64,000 bases of DNA from Octopus sinensis (Eukaryota), in assembly GCF_006345805.1 (NCBI RefSeq), contig NC_042998.1, positions 131,192,001 to 131,256,000 of the forward strand, in the 5' to 3' direction. Both the position numbers and the translations under genes were made by a program. Shown one piece after another: positions 13,561-26,925 of the stretch (the stretch's first letter is position 1; every line of letters begins with the position of its first letter). Under the pieces are notes generated by a model. It ran no database searches and had not been told where the DNA came from. It saw only the letters and a program-made list of their open reading frames with translations.

Positions 13561-13809
13561 GTTATTAAAAATTTGTTTTAAAAAATTAAAATTGCTTCAA
13601 AATGATAAAGTCTTCCACTGACAATGTACTTTCGTAATACTAACTATGTTGCTTACAGCACATACCCGATATTCTGCTGCGTAGTTTTTCTAACAATTCT
13701 GTTAGTTCAAAGTCTTTTATGTAAAAACACACGGATAAAGACCTTTTAACAGTTCTTCCGAAACTTAAACGATTCTGACGATTCACCGCAATAATAACAG
13801 TTTCTTATT

Positions 13810-13975
13810 TTGGTACATGGTTGGCGAATTTAAGAGAAGGTGTAAGTCGATTACATTCACCCCTATGCTAAACTCATAATTGTTTTACCGAGCCTGGAAT
13901 TATGAATGACAAAGTTGACCTCGGTGGGATGTAAACTCAGAATGTAAAGAACCGAAAGAAATGCCACTAAATATG
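13810..13975 (-). mobile_element. Degenerate Nin-like SINE
   Basis: TAAGTCGATTACAT..ATGAATGACAAAGTTGACCTCGGTGGGATGTAAACTCAGAATGTAAAG. Confidence 0.6.
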
Positions 13976-15292
13976 GACACAGAAGAAACTCTCTAAACGA
14001 AAGAGTGATGGATATCTGCCAATATTGAGCTTGTAAATCTTCAGTGTATCGGTGTGGTATCAAGAGAAAGCAAAAACGCATGGCTAATAGGGATATCTGA
14101 TTTGTAGAAACGTTACTGTGAATAACCTGGTGATGGTGGCGTCCTTCAAAGTTTGTTTAGATGCATACATCACGTATGCATTTAAACACGTTCCTAGATA
14201 TACCTTGTGAGCGTTGTACTATACATTTTGTCTTCGTTGACTAGTAAACTAATCATGCTTACCTGGTCTAGCAGGTATGTATCTTTTAGAGTCTTGAAAT
14301 TACAGTCTGGAGTAGGTTTCTTGGTCGGCTCGTTAAAAGAATCATGCAGTCTTTTCGGGAAATGCGATGTTATCATTCCAAACATTTCTGTTTCTACTGA
14401 TATATGTTCATTCTAGTTTCGATACCGAGTACTTTTTCCCTTTTATAAACACAACTATGAACTATCTATAAACATATATGTATACGTCCATACTTCTCTA
14501 TTAGCAAACATGCGAATTAACAAAGATATATAAGCGTGTGTGTGTGTGCGCGCGCGCGCGCATTTCCTTATGCGTGGGCAAAATTGGTGACGTGTACAGA
14601 AGAAAGTTGCATGCACGTGCAGTCCTCCACAAATAACCTTAATCATTTATTTCAAATTATTTCCATTTCTTTGTGGGAGAGCACGCGTTCGTACTAAATT
14701 TGAACTCGTACTCCACAGAATTTACAGCGGTAATTTCATCAAATATGCAAGCACGTTATCTTATTCTCTTTACAATTTCTTGTGATTTCATAATGATACG
14801 TTTTTAGTTTGTGATTATTGTATGAAATAACGGCATTATTGCTTGAGAAAATTAAATCGAACTATTCTATGTTGAGTCCTATATTTTCCCATTTCTGTTC
14901 AGTGTTCTTCTATTTAATGATATATTCAAACACTTTTGTATAAATAGATAGCAACGGATAAATATTGACTACTAAAATAAGAACTGCGTATTTTATTGCG
15001 AGCAGAAACTTCAACAATCGGTACTTTGGATCACTCGTCGTTGACGACCTTCTGGCGATTATGAAAAATAGTATATGGAATTCGGTACATGAAGATACGT
15101 TCAGAATGTTTAAATATCATATTGAAGGATGGTAGTACAACAAGAGTGAACAAAAGATATTCGTTAACTATGTGACCCTTGTTTGAAAAAGTGGATGCAA
15201 TATTCAGAATGAGACAGCACGCATATATAATACTATAATACGAATAAATAGGATAGATACAAGAACATAAGTTACATAAACACATGAATGCA

Positions 15293-15356
<64 letters not shown>

Positions 15357-16532
15357 ATATATGTACGTGTATGTGTGTTTGTGTGTTTTTGTGTGTATGT
15401 ATGTTTGTATGTATGTATATGTATATATATATATATATATGTATATTTATCTCTGTCTCTCTCTCTATATATATGTGTGTGTGTGTTTGTATGTGTGTGT
15501 ATGTATATATATATACATATGTATAAATGTAGATATATATAGTCATATATATGTAGTTATAATATAGATGTATACACTCACACATACATACATATATATA
15601 TATATATATACACGGACATATGAGTATGCATAAACGTATATCTACATATACTCTGTGGAATTAATAATTTGATTTTGTATAAATACTTTTAAATGCATAC
15701 TTATGTCTGTGTTGTGTAAGCACGCGTGTTAGTGTGTACGTGTATAAACATATTCACATTTGTGATGTTTCTTTATTTACATATAGATAGTTTAGCATTA
15801 TATTTCCTGCTTTCTTTTTATCATTTAATTTATCTATCATTTGATTTTTATCGAATCAGTTCTTCGTAAAATATTGATTAGTTAAACAATAGCAAAAAGC
15901 AGATGAGATAAGTATTATTTTCATTTCGTTTTTCTCACTTCCTCGTTTTCGCATTGCATCGGTTGCCTATCGTTGCTGACATATGCGTATTTGAACGTTC
16001 TCTCTCATCAGACTGCGGCAGCTTCATATCTGTAAATTTGCCGTCTGCCAGCAACATCAGCCAATTGTATTGTGAATATTCTGTGCATCTGAATACTGTC
16101 GCTAAAACTGCTAGACGTACCAACCAAATCTACCTTGAATTACCCACTATAGTTTTAAAGGGTATAATATGATCATAGGTACGCCATGTTTCAACAATGG
16201 GAATGCCTACGGCTGTAATACATTTCATAAGTCTGTTCGAACAAGTCTCACTTTAAGTGGAAGAACAATAACGATTGCAAATTATTGCAGTCGAGTTTAT
16301 TGCAAATAGATTTTACTGCTACAATTATGATCTTTCCGCTGATACTTGCATTCATCATCAGAGTTGTGTGGGTGATAGGTTATAGGGCACGAGAATAATA
16401 TTTGGATATTAGCAATAGTTTTAGATGCTTTCAAAAGCATAAATTTATGTAATTGTTTTTATTATAAAGACATTTGAGTTTTTATGGTTTTCTTGCTACT
16501 TTTACAGTAATCTTTCTCTGAAATGTTCTCCT

Positions 16533-16897
16533 CACTTTCGCTAAGGCAGAGGTATTGTTTTCACTCATCTTTGTTTGTTTGTCCATTGAAAAGATATCTC
16601 AAGAACCGTTGAATGGATTTGAATGAAACTTTCACAGATGTTTGGCCTCGTGACTAGCACGAACTGATTAGATTTCGAGATCGATCCAGTACTGGACAAG
16701 GATTCTGGATTATTTTTCCGTTTTTTTTTTTAAATTTAATTTCAGGAGAGCGGTTGGGTTCATTTTTAACTTTCTCGTTTGTGAGAGAAGTCGAGTTTAT
16801 TTCAGATATTCTTATTGTAAAAATAATCTCCTGCAAATCCTTGAGAGGACGTTGGTGTACTTTGGCGGAGGTTTGTGTTCCCTGGGTGCTCTTGTTT
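16533..16897 (+). mobile_element. Non-autonomous Helentron-associated element (HINE/DINE-1-like)
   Basis: Subterminal inverted repeats ACTTTCGCTAAG / CTTTGGCGGAGGT, a TTTG microsatellite after the 5' repeat, a body with AAGATATCTCAAGAACC..GGATTTGAATGAAACTTT, and a decayed 3' stem-loop before a T-rich end. Confidence 0.65.
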
Positions 16898-16943
16898 ATC
16901 TATGTACTCTTTTACTTTATTTTTTCTCTATAACTCATGATCG

Positions 16944-17090
16944 CAGGTGTGGCTGCATAGCTAAACAGTTCTCTTTGCAACCACGTGGTTTCAGGTTAAG
17001 TCCCGGTGTGTGTCCCCTTGGGTAAGTAACTTTTACTATAGCCAGGCGCCAGCTGATGTCTTGTGAGTGTATTTAGTAAAACGAAACTAT
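16944..17090 (+). mobile_element. 5' part of an OR2-like CORE SINE
   Basis: GCAGGTGTGGCTG..CAACCACGTGGTTTCAGGTTAAGTCCC..CTTGGGTAAG..TTTACTATAGCC..CTTGTGAGTG. Confidence 0.7.
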
Positions 17091-17477
17091 CTAGAATCTC
17101 GTCATGTATGTGAGCATGTATTTGTGTGTGTATGTGTGTGTGTGTGTGTTGTTATTTAGCTTAAAATAACCTCTAAATATGTGACATATTTTAAAAGGCG
17201 GTTCTGTCAAGACCCTCACTTCTATATGTCTTAGATATTGCTTAAAATTTATGTTATTCGGCGTTGACTTCCATCTTAAGACTGTAAGGTACAATTTGAA
17301 GCGTATGTGATTGCTATATATCTAGCGGGACGATTGGCTTTATAGTGTCATTTTAGTTTTGTTATTTTCCTGTTGATGTTTTTCAGGAGTCATTTTTCAG
17401 TTTTAGAAAGAATTCATTTGTCCTCAAGGTGATTTTTACTACATCTAACATCTTTACTTCTGTGTCAATAGCTCTCA

Positions 17478-17720
17478 TTGACTCTCTCTTTCACTTGTTT
17501 CAGTCATTTAACTGTGGCCATGCTGAGCACCACCTTTAGTCGAGAAAATCGACCCCAGGACTTATTCTTTGTAAGCCTAGTATTTATTCTATCGGTAACT
17601 GCTAAGTTACGGGGACGTAAACACACCAGCATCGGTTGTCAAGCGATGTTGGGGGAACAAACACAGACACACAAATATATGCACACATACATACATACAT
17701 ACATACATACATACATACAT

Positions 17721-17779
<59 letters not shown>

Positions 17780-17935
17780 GACGGGCTTCTTTCAGTTTCC
17801 GTCTACCAAATCCACTCACAAGGATTTGGTCGGCCCGAGGCTATAATAGAAGACACTTGCCCAAGTTGCCACTCATTGGGACTGAACCGGAACCATGTGG
17901 TTCGTAATCAAGCTACTTATCACACAGACACTCCT
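17478..17935 (-). mobile_element. Full-length OR2-like CORE SINE
   Basis: Colinear with 6728-7128, with an expanded internal (CATA)n/(TA)n tract. Confidence 0.85.
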
Positions 17936-19767
17936 AGCATTTAGTTTACATTTATACTTTTCCTCTCATTACGAAAAGTGTTTTGCTTTCCTCATTTTCC
18001 CTTTCAGAACGCCGTATAGTTTCTTGTTTCTTCTGTCTAGGACTTCCACTTTACTTATCTTCGAGTTTACATTTGAATCAGTATTCTATAATGGGAGTGT
18101 CTGACATATTTCTACCTGCCCTCTTATATCTAGTATTGCGTTGAAATGTTTAACCTTAGTTCGAGTCTTCAGCAGTGTTCTTTACTAGTTTTCTCCTTCA
18201 TTTCCGCCTGTTATATCAGTTTCATTTACTTCTTACTATTTGCATTAATACTTTTGGTCTAAGACACTTATTCCTATGCATTAGGGGCAATGAATCTAAT
18301 TTAATCGTCACAAAAGTCATCTGCTTCGTCTCAGAGTAGCTTTGGAACATTTTACTAATTTCATAACTACTTTTATTTCATGACTAAAATTCAAATATAC
18401 TTCCTACTGAGTTTACCAGATGGGTATTACAATTTTAATCCATTCATATGGAGATATTTTCTAATTTGTTTGAAGATCACTTAAACATTTGTGGCTCCAC
18501 ATTAAAAAATAAACATGTTAATGGATACAAAACTAGAGAGAATATTTGAAACGTGAGTGAGCTCCGCGTAGGAGTCTACACGTTTTCATTGGACTGTTTT
18601 TTTGTCACCCTGTTATAATATCTTGGGGGTTTTTTTTGCTTTTAAACGGGAGTAGGCTTGGTGTTATTGTGTCACTGATATCTAAGATTGTTGGAAGCTA
18701 TCAAATGCTTTTTGGTAAGCAGTCCAAGATTCTCTCAGTATATGTTTTTCTTCATTGCGTATTCATTATTTCTATAGATTACTTCTAGCTACACTGTAAC
18801 TTTAGTCTCCTTTTGAAGATCACTCTCACTCCTCTTCTAAAATTTTATTTATATTTTCCACATGTGCACCCTGCTTTAGATAGAGCATTCTAGTAAGTTT
18901 TATTGTTTATAGTTTTATGTATTTGTTTGTCATATCTTATTTAATCCTTCCAGAGAGCCTATTGTAGCCGGATTGTTTCTGCGTTCAATCCCTACATTCA
19001 TGTTACTTCTACTTCCAGATTTTAATATTTCTTTAATTGTTTCAGCTCATCAAAAAAAAAAGAAAATAACCACAGCGGTAACATCAATAACTACAAGGTC
19101 AACAACAACAACATATCAAGCAGTAATAGCGAAAGTAACAACAATACCAAACGCTCTTATAATAAAACAGTAATAACTACCAAAACAGCCCCTGCGATAT
19201 TTTCATTTAAAAAAACCTCTTCCAGTTGAAGGGAAATCAGCAGTAGCAACAACGGCTACAGCAACGATGACAACAATAATAAAAATATGAGTGACCACCA
19301 TTAACAACGTGGAAAGGTGAAATGAGAGAACTAAATACGTCACTAACACATCCAAGTACAGAGACGAAAGCAACAGGAGCAGCCATAAAAAACAATTTCA
19401 TAAGTACCAAGAATATCAATAAAGTTACTAAGCAACTCAGTAATGTTTTGTGACTTTTTTCAGGACGTCTTTCATCCATGGAAAATGTAAAGCTACAAGC
19501 AAGAGAATCAAACGAAGAAAATATAAATATACGACTACGAAATAAATTTTCATCTGCTCTTCGTGTTGGTATAGATGTCTTCCCTTCCAGATTGTTCTTT
19601 TAATTAAAAAAGCTTATCAGTCAGTAAATCTGATAAAAATGCAAATTTATAAGAATTGTTTGACGTCTGTTCTCGTCAAAACAACAGTATCATGCTAGCA
19701 GCAGTAGCAGCAGTAGCAACAGCAGTAGTATTAGCAGCAGTACCGGTAATAGTAGTAGTAGTTGCAG

Positions 19768-19768
19768 T

Positions 19769-19816
<48 letters not shown>

Positions 19817-19885
19817 GTAGTAATAATAATAATAATAATAGTAATAATAATAATAATAATAATAATAGTAATAACAATAATAATA

Positions 19886-19930
<45 letters not shown>

Positions 19931-19944
19931 TAATAATAATAATA
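19768..19944. repeat. (TAA)n microsatellite
   Basis: Seen directly; it forms the 5' flank of the Dong-like LINE. Confidence 0.95.
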
Positions 19945-20660
19945 TTCTGCGACACATTTGACGAAACGATAGACCATCTCGTTTCGGGATGTCCTGTGCT
20001 GACACCAAACGAATACAAAAATCGCCACGATAGGGTAGGACAGTATATACATTGGAAGATATGTAAATACTACAAATTCGACACTCCTGCTAACTGGTAT
20101 GAACACCATCCTCAGCCAGTTGTTGAAGGTAAGGATGTCACCATCCTCTGGGAGTTTCCAGTCAACACTGACAGAACGATCAAGGCTAATCGACCAGACA
20201 TAATTGTTAAAGACAGGGAAGAAAATACCTGCAGACTAATAGAGGTAAGCGTCCCCATTGATAAAAATGTATCTGTAAAGGAATTTGACAAACTTAGTAA
20301 ATATAAGGACCTGGAAATCGAAATACAAAAGATGTGGAATCTTAAAACAAAAACTGTTCCTGTTATTGTAGGTGCCCTAGGTATGATAAAAAAAGGGATG
20401 TCAGAAACACCTAGACAATATCCCTGGAGAACTATGTCTCAAAGAAATCCAAAAGATTGTGCTAACAAGTACTGCCCACATCCTCAGAAAAACCCTATCA
20501 ATGTAAATGTTTGTGTTTGTATTACATGGAGATATTTCTCTACTTCCCCTCCCCAAGCTTTCAGCTATATTTCAACAACTCTTAACCTTCACTTGCTCTA
20601 GGGCGCTGGGTGTGCCCCGGCAAGTGATTGCATCAAACATGCAGATTAAAAGTAAATGAC
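19945..20660 (+). mobile_element. 5'-truncated R4/Dong-clade LINE (zinc knuckle plus restriction-like endonuclease) in (TAA)n
   Basis: ETIDHLVSGC..EYKNRHD..IHWKIC..NRPDIIVKD..LIEVSVP..KLSKYKDL..VPVIVGALG, with a frameshift in the A-run at ~20390. (TAA)n flanks both sides, as known for Dong targeting. Confidence 0.9.
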
Positions 20661-20685
20661 AATGATAATAATAATAATAATAATA

Positions 20686-20723
<38 letters not shown>

Positions 20724-20726
<3 letters not shown>

Positions 20727-21253
20727 GCGCTGATGCAGTACCAGGCAGTGACTCTTATGGTTTCTGATCTTAACTAATTGGAAGTGTTATCATGTACATT
20801 GTACAAATATTCTGTTCAATACCTCAGGTGTGATTGTCAGTTGCTCGACCTTAACCAGTTAAGCATGTCCCTTAGTGGCTGGCGATATGTGCATCTCTGA
20901 TCACAAACAGAAGTAGTGGGGGAACATCATCGTCATGTGTTGAAAGAAATTGTTTTGGGTTTGGAGAATTCATCTTTGGAAACATGGCTGTTTTGTTCAA
21001 CACCTTTAAACAACCCCCATTTAGGAACCTTTTGATTGGGATAGGCTACTCGACATGAAGATAATTCTAACTGGGTCCCACCTGCAAGGTCATGCGCTGT
21101 TTATCTTGATATGAGATCACTGTGTCGCGAACTTTTGGTTATGATGCATGTGCCTGGTGTATCCTTATCAGACAGGTAATCATGATGAGTATACTTGGCT
21201 TCATATATTTTACCCCAGTGTCACTTTTATGGCATGCACTGCTCTCTCACTCA
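20724..21253. mobile_element. Unclassified ~530-bp non-coding insert between two (TAA)n arrays
   Basis: Higher-GC block with sharp borders at TAA repeats on both sides, next to the Dong fragment. Confidence 0.5.
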
Positions 21254-21410
21254 ATAATAATAATATAATAATAATAATAATAATATAATAATAATAATAT
21301 AATAATATTGTTAGTAGAAGTAGTAGTAGTAGTAAGTATATGTTTATATATGTACACATATATGAGTGTCTCTATATACATGAATATATGCATATATAAA
21401 TACATATATA

Positions 21411-21467
<57 letters not shown>

Positions 21468-21764
21468 TATATATACATACAACAAGAGGAATTAATATAT
21501 CTAGAAAGCACCCAGTATTAAGCGAACTACATCAATGAACTCAGTTGAACGGTTAGGGTCTATTGTGAGATAAGTCGCGATATTAATTTTCCTGAACTAG
21601 TTCTTGATACAATAGGTAATTCCAATATTGAAATTGCTTTTATCATTAAGTTATAATATTGAATATATGCTGCTAATAATACAGGTTTAACACCTGATTC
21701 TGAGAGTACAGTTGGTACTAACTCTTTTGACTATGAGTGCTACATGCAAGGTAATAAACATATT

Positions 21765-22146
21765 TGTAATTTCAAAAACGAATTTGTGTCTCCTTTAGAA
21801 AATCAGTGTTTAAGGAAGAATATAGTATACCAATGTATTGTAAAAGCAGGACATCGTACGTATTATTATATAGGTTCTCCTGCTACAATTTAGAAATCTA
21901 GAATTCATAACCGCTCTCCTTCATTTAAGTTAAGAAGGAAATGTAGTTCCATAAATCTTAGTAAATGCATTTGGAATTGAAAGACAGGAACATTGAATAC
22001 GATATACAATGGCCCGACGTTAGTTACACTCCATCGTACAAAACTGGTAATTTAAAATGTGATCTGTGCCTAGAGAATAACTAATTACTTCAAAATTAGA
22101 ATTATTAAATGATAGGGCCAGTCAGTTGAAATGTTCCCATAAATAG
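21765..22146 (+). pseudogene. Decayed GIY-YIG endonuclease domain of a Penelope-like retroelement
   Basis: Hand translation CNFKNEFVSPLENQCLRKNIVYQCIVKAGHRTYYYIGSPATI*KSRIHNRSPSF..LSKCIW, frameshift, LKDRNIEYDIQW..CDLCLE..LLNDRASQLKCSHK*. It shows the IVY..YIG signature with conserved R, E and N and Cys motifs. The enclosing block 21480-22610 is bounded by TA repeats. Confidence 0.85.
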
Positions 22147-22645
22147 AGAAAAACATTAAATATTTCAGTAGCAAATAGCACCATAATTATTGCTTTTCCT
22201 ATAAATAAGCATAACTCTTTTATTGTTTCTTAGCATACACAAATAACTAGATAACTAAATGTCGTGACGTAGAATTTCTGTTTATTTATTTATTTTTTAT
22301 TCTTTCGTTATCTCCAGACGTCATCATAAGCCTAAATACTAAACTGACTTTTCTCAAAATATATTTCTTCTTAACTTTCCCTTTGTATGGGTTCATATAT
22401 TATAGATATTATTTCCGTTCACTTTGATTTTAATTTGTTTTGAGTCACCATGATAAAATTGTGTTAGCATAAATTTTCGTACGTATTGGTTCGACTGATA
22501 TTTTGTTCCTTTTTCTGCATCTAAATATGCTGGCACAGTACTATCGTTGGTAATGTATGGTTTAATCATCAAAAATATGATTTTCTCCATTTTCATTCAT
22601 GTTGTTACATATATATATATATGTGTGTGTATGTGTGTGTGTGTT

Positions 22646-22721
<76 letters not shown>

Positions 22722-24708
22722 AACACTGCGTGTTTATAAGTTGTAAGTTAGAGGCACATAAATTCAAATACATTTCGAACTGACATTCGCTGAAAATGAT
22801 TTCGAAATTCTCATTTCTTCCCTCCAGCATCTCCGCAATGTTTCATATTAATCTTAATAATAATTGTGATGCTAGTTGTTTTTATCGTTGATTTTGTTGC
22901 CTTTTCTTCGTCGCCATTACACGATGAACGTGATATAATTTTATCCATTACGATCTAATTGGTTTCCGATAATCCAAAAATAAATCACTCTTTAAAGCTG
23001 ATTATACATACCAAAAATATCAGCAACATATTTGCGATCTACGAAGGGAAAATAACTATTTAATATTATTGAACTACTTTATGTAATTAATATCCATGGT
23101 ATACGATTCTACACTTTTAACTGTATCTTCCTCAACCAGATTTATATTATGACGGTACGTTTTAATATATAATTGCTGTTGTTGTTAGTAGAAGTCAGAA
23201 ATCATTGAACATATCTTCTCTGAAATGCCTTTGCAGCCCAGCCATTCTCGCCTGTTTTTCTATGACTATCTATGACTATTTTATTTAAAGTGCCCTTTCC
23301 TTCGTATAAGAGCTTATTAGAAAGAATTACATACAAGCTTATCTTGTTTGACCGTGTGTAGACTGAATATGCACCCGACCATTTATATTTAAGTTGCCTA
23401 CAATAATTTTAGCGCTGTCTACAAGCAAATCTGAATCTTTAGTTAACTTAAACCTCAGCAACAACAGAAATTAAACATTGCTTTTGTGGGCGGTTTCACT
23501 GCTTCACATTGGTTTCTGTAATATGAAATGAGGGGAAAATCTATGCAAGGATAGGTGGCTTTTTCTATGGTTGAAGAAACAGCTAAAGCTAATTCTTCTG
23601 AACAACAACTTTTCACCAGCATTCTAATCTTATTTAGACTGAGTTTATTTAGGTCATGCTTCCGAAAATAATTTGCGGGACCCTCACTTTAGAATCCACA
23701 GTAAAATTGATTTATTTGTTGATTCGTACAGTTAGACTAAATCGTGTATCTAATCGGTGATTTTGAAGCAAACCTAGTCTGTTGGTAGCTTTCAAACAAC
23801 AAAGTTATTAAATATCAATATCACTGTAACGACTGTGACAGCCTCCAAACATCAACAAACACAAATGTTCTCATTTATATCGCCACTACCATATCTCTGA
23901 AGTATTTCTGATTTTAATTAATAGTATTGATAAGCAGTATTTATTATATAGATTCGATGTTAAATTCTGATTGCTATAAGAGTTAAGAGCATGAGAAATA
24001 CACATTTACTTTGGACTGGTGTGCTGTCTGTCACTGATAATTATTAACCCATGGAAACTATTTTGAAATAATATACAGAATACCATAAAACTTTTATATT
24101 TCTGCCATGCTGCATATATGGTATATAACAGTAGAATATACAGACTATTTTATACCATGTTCTTAGAGATAACTGGGATCTTTTGCTGATGACTATGTAA
24201 TGGATACCACCCTGAGCCCGTAACTGACAAGCCGGTTAATTACCTAGCACGTAATAAATTTGGCCATGCGCAACTGAACGATTCAAAAATGTGTTATCTT
24301 TATAGAAGCCTAACAAATCGACTATAACAGCTCATCTTGTTTAAAAAATGGTTGACTGGTACCTCGAAAATAACAACCATTATTATTTCTATTCTGTTAC
24401 GTTTTTCTCACATTTGTTATATTTTGGCAGCTTTTAAAATCATAAAAACAGAAAGTGAAATATTACTAGAAGGTAGATTCCTGAAAAATTAGTTTTGCTA
24501 TTCCCCCACACCATTTGGAATTTCGTAGCATTTGGGGTAGATTATGTCAGCGCCACTAGATCAGACATAATGGTGTGCTCTAAAAGTTTCTGATCCATTT
24601 AGTCAAACAGAAAATAGTTCTTTCTTTGAAACTGACATCAACTGACAAGAATTCATCTAGCAATTAAGCTACCGAAGTGTACATACACATACGCGCAAGC
24701 GCACCCAC

Positions 24709-24749
<41 letters not shown>

Positions 24750-25234
24750 CTCTCATACACATAAGCAAACACATGCACGCACTCACACGCAAGATTATAT
24801 ATTAAAATAATTGCAGATATATATATACCAACAGGAAATATTAAGGGATATATTCGCATACTCACAAAACGTTTATAGTAGTTTCATACCCTTCACTTTC
24901 GCTTGCTCACTTGTTTTCACGTTTTCTTTCTCTCTATATGTATGTGTGTGTTGAGAGATAGAGAGAGGGAGAGAGAGAGAGAGAAAAAGAAAGAGAGAGG
25001 GTGAGAAAGAGGGGAGGGATAGACGAGATAGAGGAGAGAGATGCATACATATCTATATGTATGCATACATACACACATATATAATTGGTGGAGGGTCTTT
25101 CTGCAGATAGCTTATTTTAGGTATCAAGGTAAAGGTTTTACTGGAGTGCGGTCTATATTTTCGTGTGCTTATATATGCGTGTACATTTTTTATATACATA
25201 TGTGTATAAGCTTGAAAAACAAATGCGTATTACG

Positions 25235-25272
<38 letters not shown>

Positions 25273-25275
<3 letters not shown>

Positions 25276-26850
25276 TGGGGAGAAATAAATATTCGTACAT
25301 GTCAAAATTATTTATTTATTTAATTTCTAATGAACATAAATAGGATATACCAATACTATATTTGCATACACATGCATAAACTAAGAATATGCAAAAGAAA
25401 CTAATAAATTATAGTAACTAAGGAATTTATATACAATCATCAATATTTAGGGGTGAAAAAAGTATTCGTAAAGAATACATTTATGATTTTCTATGCCACA
25501 AAATGCTGTTAAAATAATTTTTCTTTTACTAGAACTTTCTCGTTTGTTCCAATAATCTTATCAGTTGTCATTTTTAAGTGTCAAAACGGTAGCTTCTTCA
25601 TTCAGCATTGAGACAACATAAAGTAGTGTTGTAATAATGGCGAAAAGTAAAGAACTCATAAATACAGTGAAAAACTTAATTATTGAACATTGGAAAGCAG
25701 GTAAAAGTTACAGGAAAATATCAGAGACCCTTTGTATTCCATTTTCTACCATATTTTCATTTATTCAAAGATATAAAAAATCGGGAACTGTTGAAAACAG
25801 AATAAGATCCAGTGCACCCATGCAAGATTTCCCCTAGATCTGTAAGAAAAATGAAATGAAGAATCGAATAAAACGCAATGATCACCAGAAGGGAGTTGCA
25901 AGAAGATTTGTTAGTTTCAGGGACTAGTGTTACACTATGAACAATCAGCAATGAACTTCATAGGAATGAACTGAAGTCACGCTCCCCTAGAAAAACTCCG
26001 CTGTTGACTAAAAGGCATAGAGATGCCCATTTAAAATTTGTTTATGAATATAAAGATAAACCTGATACATTCTGGGAAAATGTTCTATGGACAGACAAGT
26101 CGAAAATTGAATTGTTTGGAAGAAATTCGCGTAGCCGTCTTTGGAGGAAATATGGTACTGCCTATTCGTCGAAAAACACAATTCCTACAATAAAGTTTGG
26201 AGGTGGCAACATCATGGTGTGGGGGTGTTTCTCTGCAAATGGTACTGGCAATTTACATGTGATAGATGGTAGAATGAATGCAGAGATGTACCAAAATATT
26301 TTGAACAATAATTTACGGGACTATACAAAAGCTCTAGCTTTATGACCCTAAGCACACAGCAAAGTCTACCAAAAGAATGGATTATCGATGACAATGTAAA
26401 ATTATTAGAATGGCCAAGCCAGTCACCTGAGCTGAACCCCATTGAAAATTTGTGGCATTATCTGGAAATTAAAATTCATTCACGAGCCCCAACGTGCATT
26501 CCAGATTTGAAGAAAATTTGTCAAGAAGACTGGGAAAATATTCCTAAAGAAACATGCGAGTCATTGATTAAAAACTACAAGAAGAGATTAGTTGAAGTGG
26601 AACTGAATAATGGTTATTCTACGAAGTATTAAATCAGAATTATCAGTTATTTATGTTCTGTACGAATATTTTTTCGCTCCTAAATATTTATAATTGTATA
26701 TAAATTCCTTAGTAACTATAATTTATTAGTTTATATTCTTAGTTTATGCAAGTGTATGTAAATATAGAATTGGTATATCCCATTTATGTTCATTAGAAAT
26801 TAGATAAATAAAGAATTTTGACATGCACGAATATTTATTTCCCCCCACTT
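25273..26850 (+). mobile_element. Near full-length Tc1 element with ~210-bp IR/DR terminal repeats, inserted in (TA)n
   Basis: TA|CAGTGGGGAGAAATAAATATTCG ... CGAATATTTATTTCCCCCCACTT|TA. TIRs are about 25273-25485 and 26655-26850, each with an outer and an inner direct repeat. Confidence 0.95.
25637..26632 (+). pseudogene. Disrupted Tc1 (DD34E-type) transposase
   Basis: MAKSKEL..GKSYRKISETL (paired-like HTH), [34 protein letters not shown] and WPSQSPELNPIENLW. Frameshifts and a stop are present, and the FQQDN segment is deleted near 26340. Confidence 0.92.
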
Positions 26851-26883
26851 TATATATATACGCATATATATATACATATATAT

Positions 26884-26925
<42 letters not shown>

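Noticed and set aside
15935-16172. Short ORFs on both strands
   Set aside because: No recognisable homology; the lengths are expected by chance.
19762-20601. 279-aa ORF as a host gene
   Set aside because: It is a (TAA)n tract fused to a frameshifted Dong/R4 LINE endonuclease fragment.
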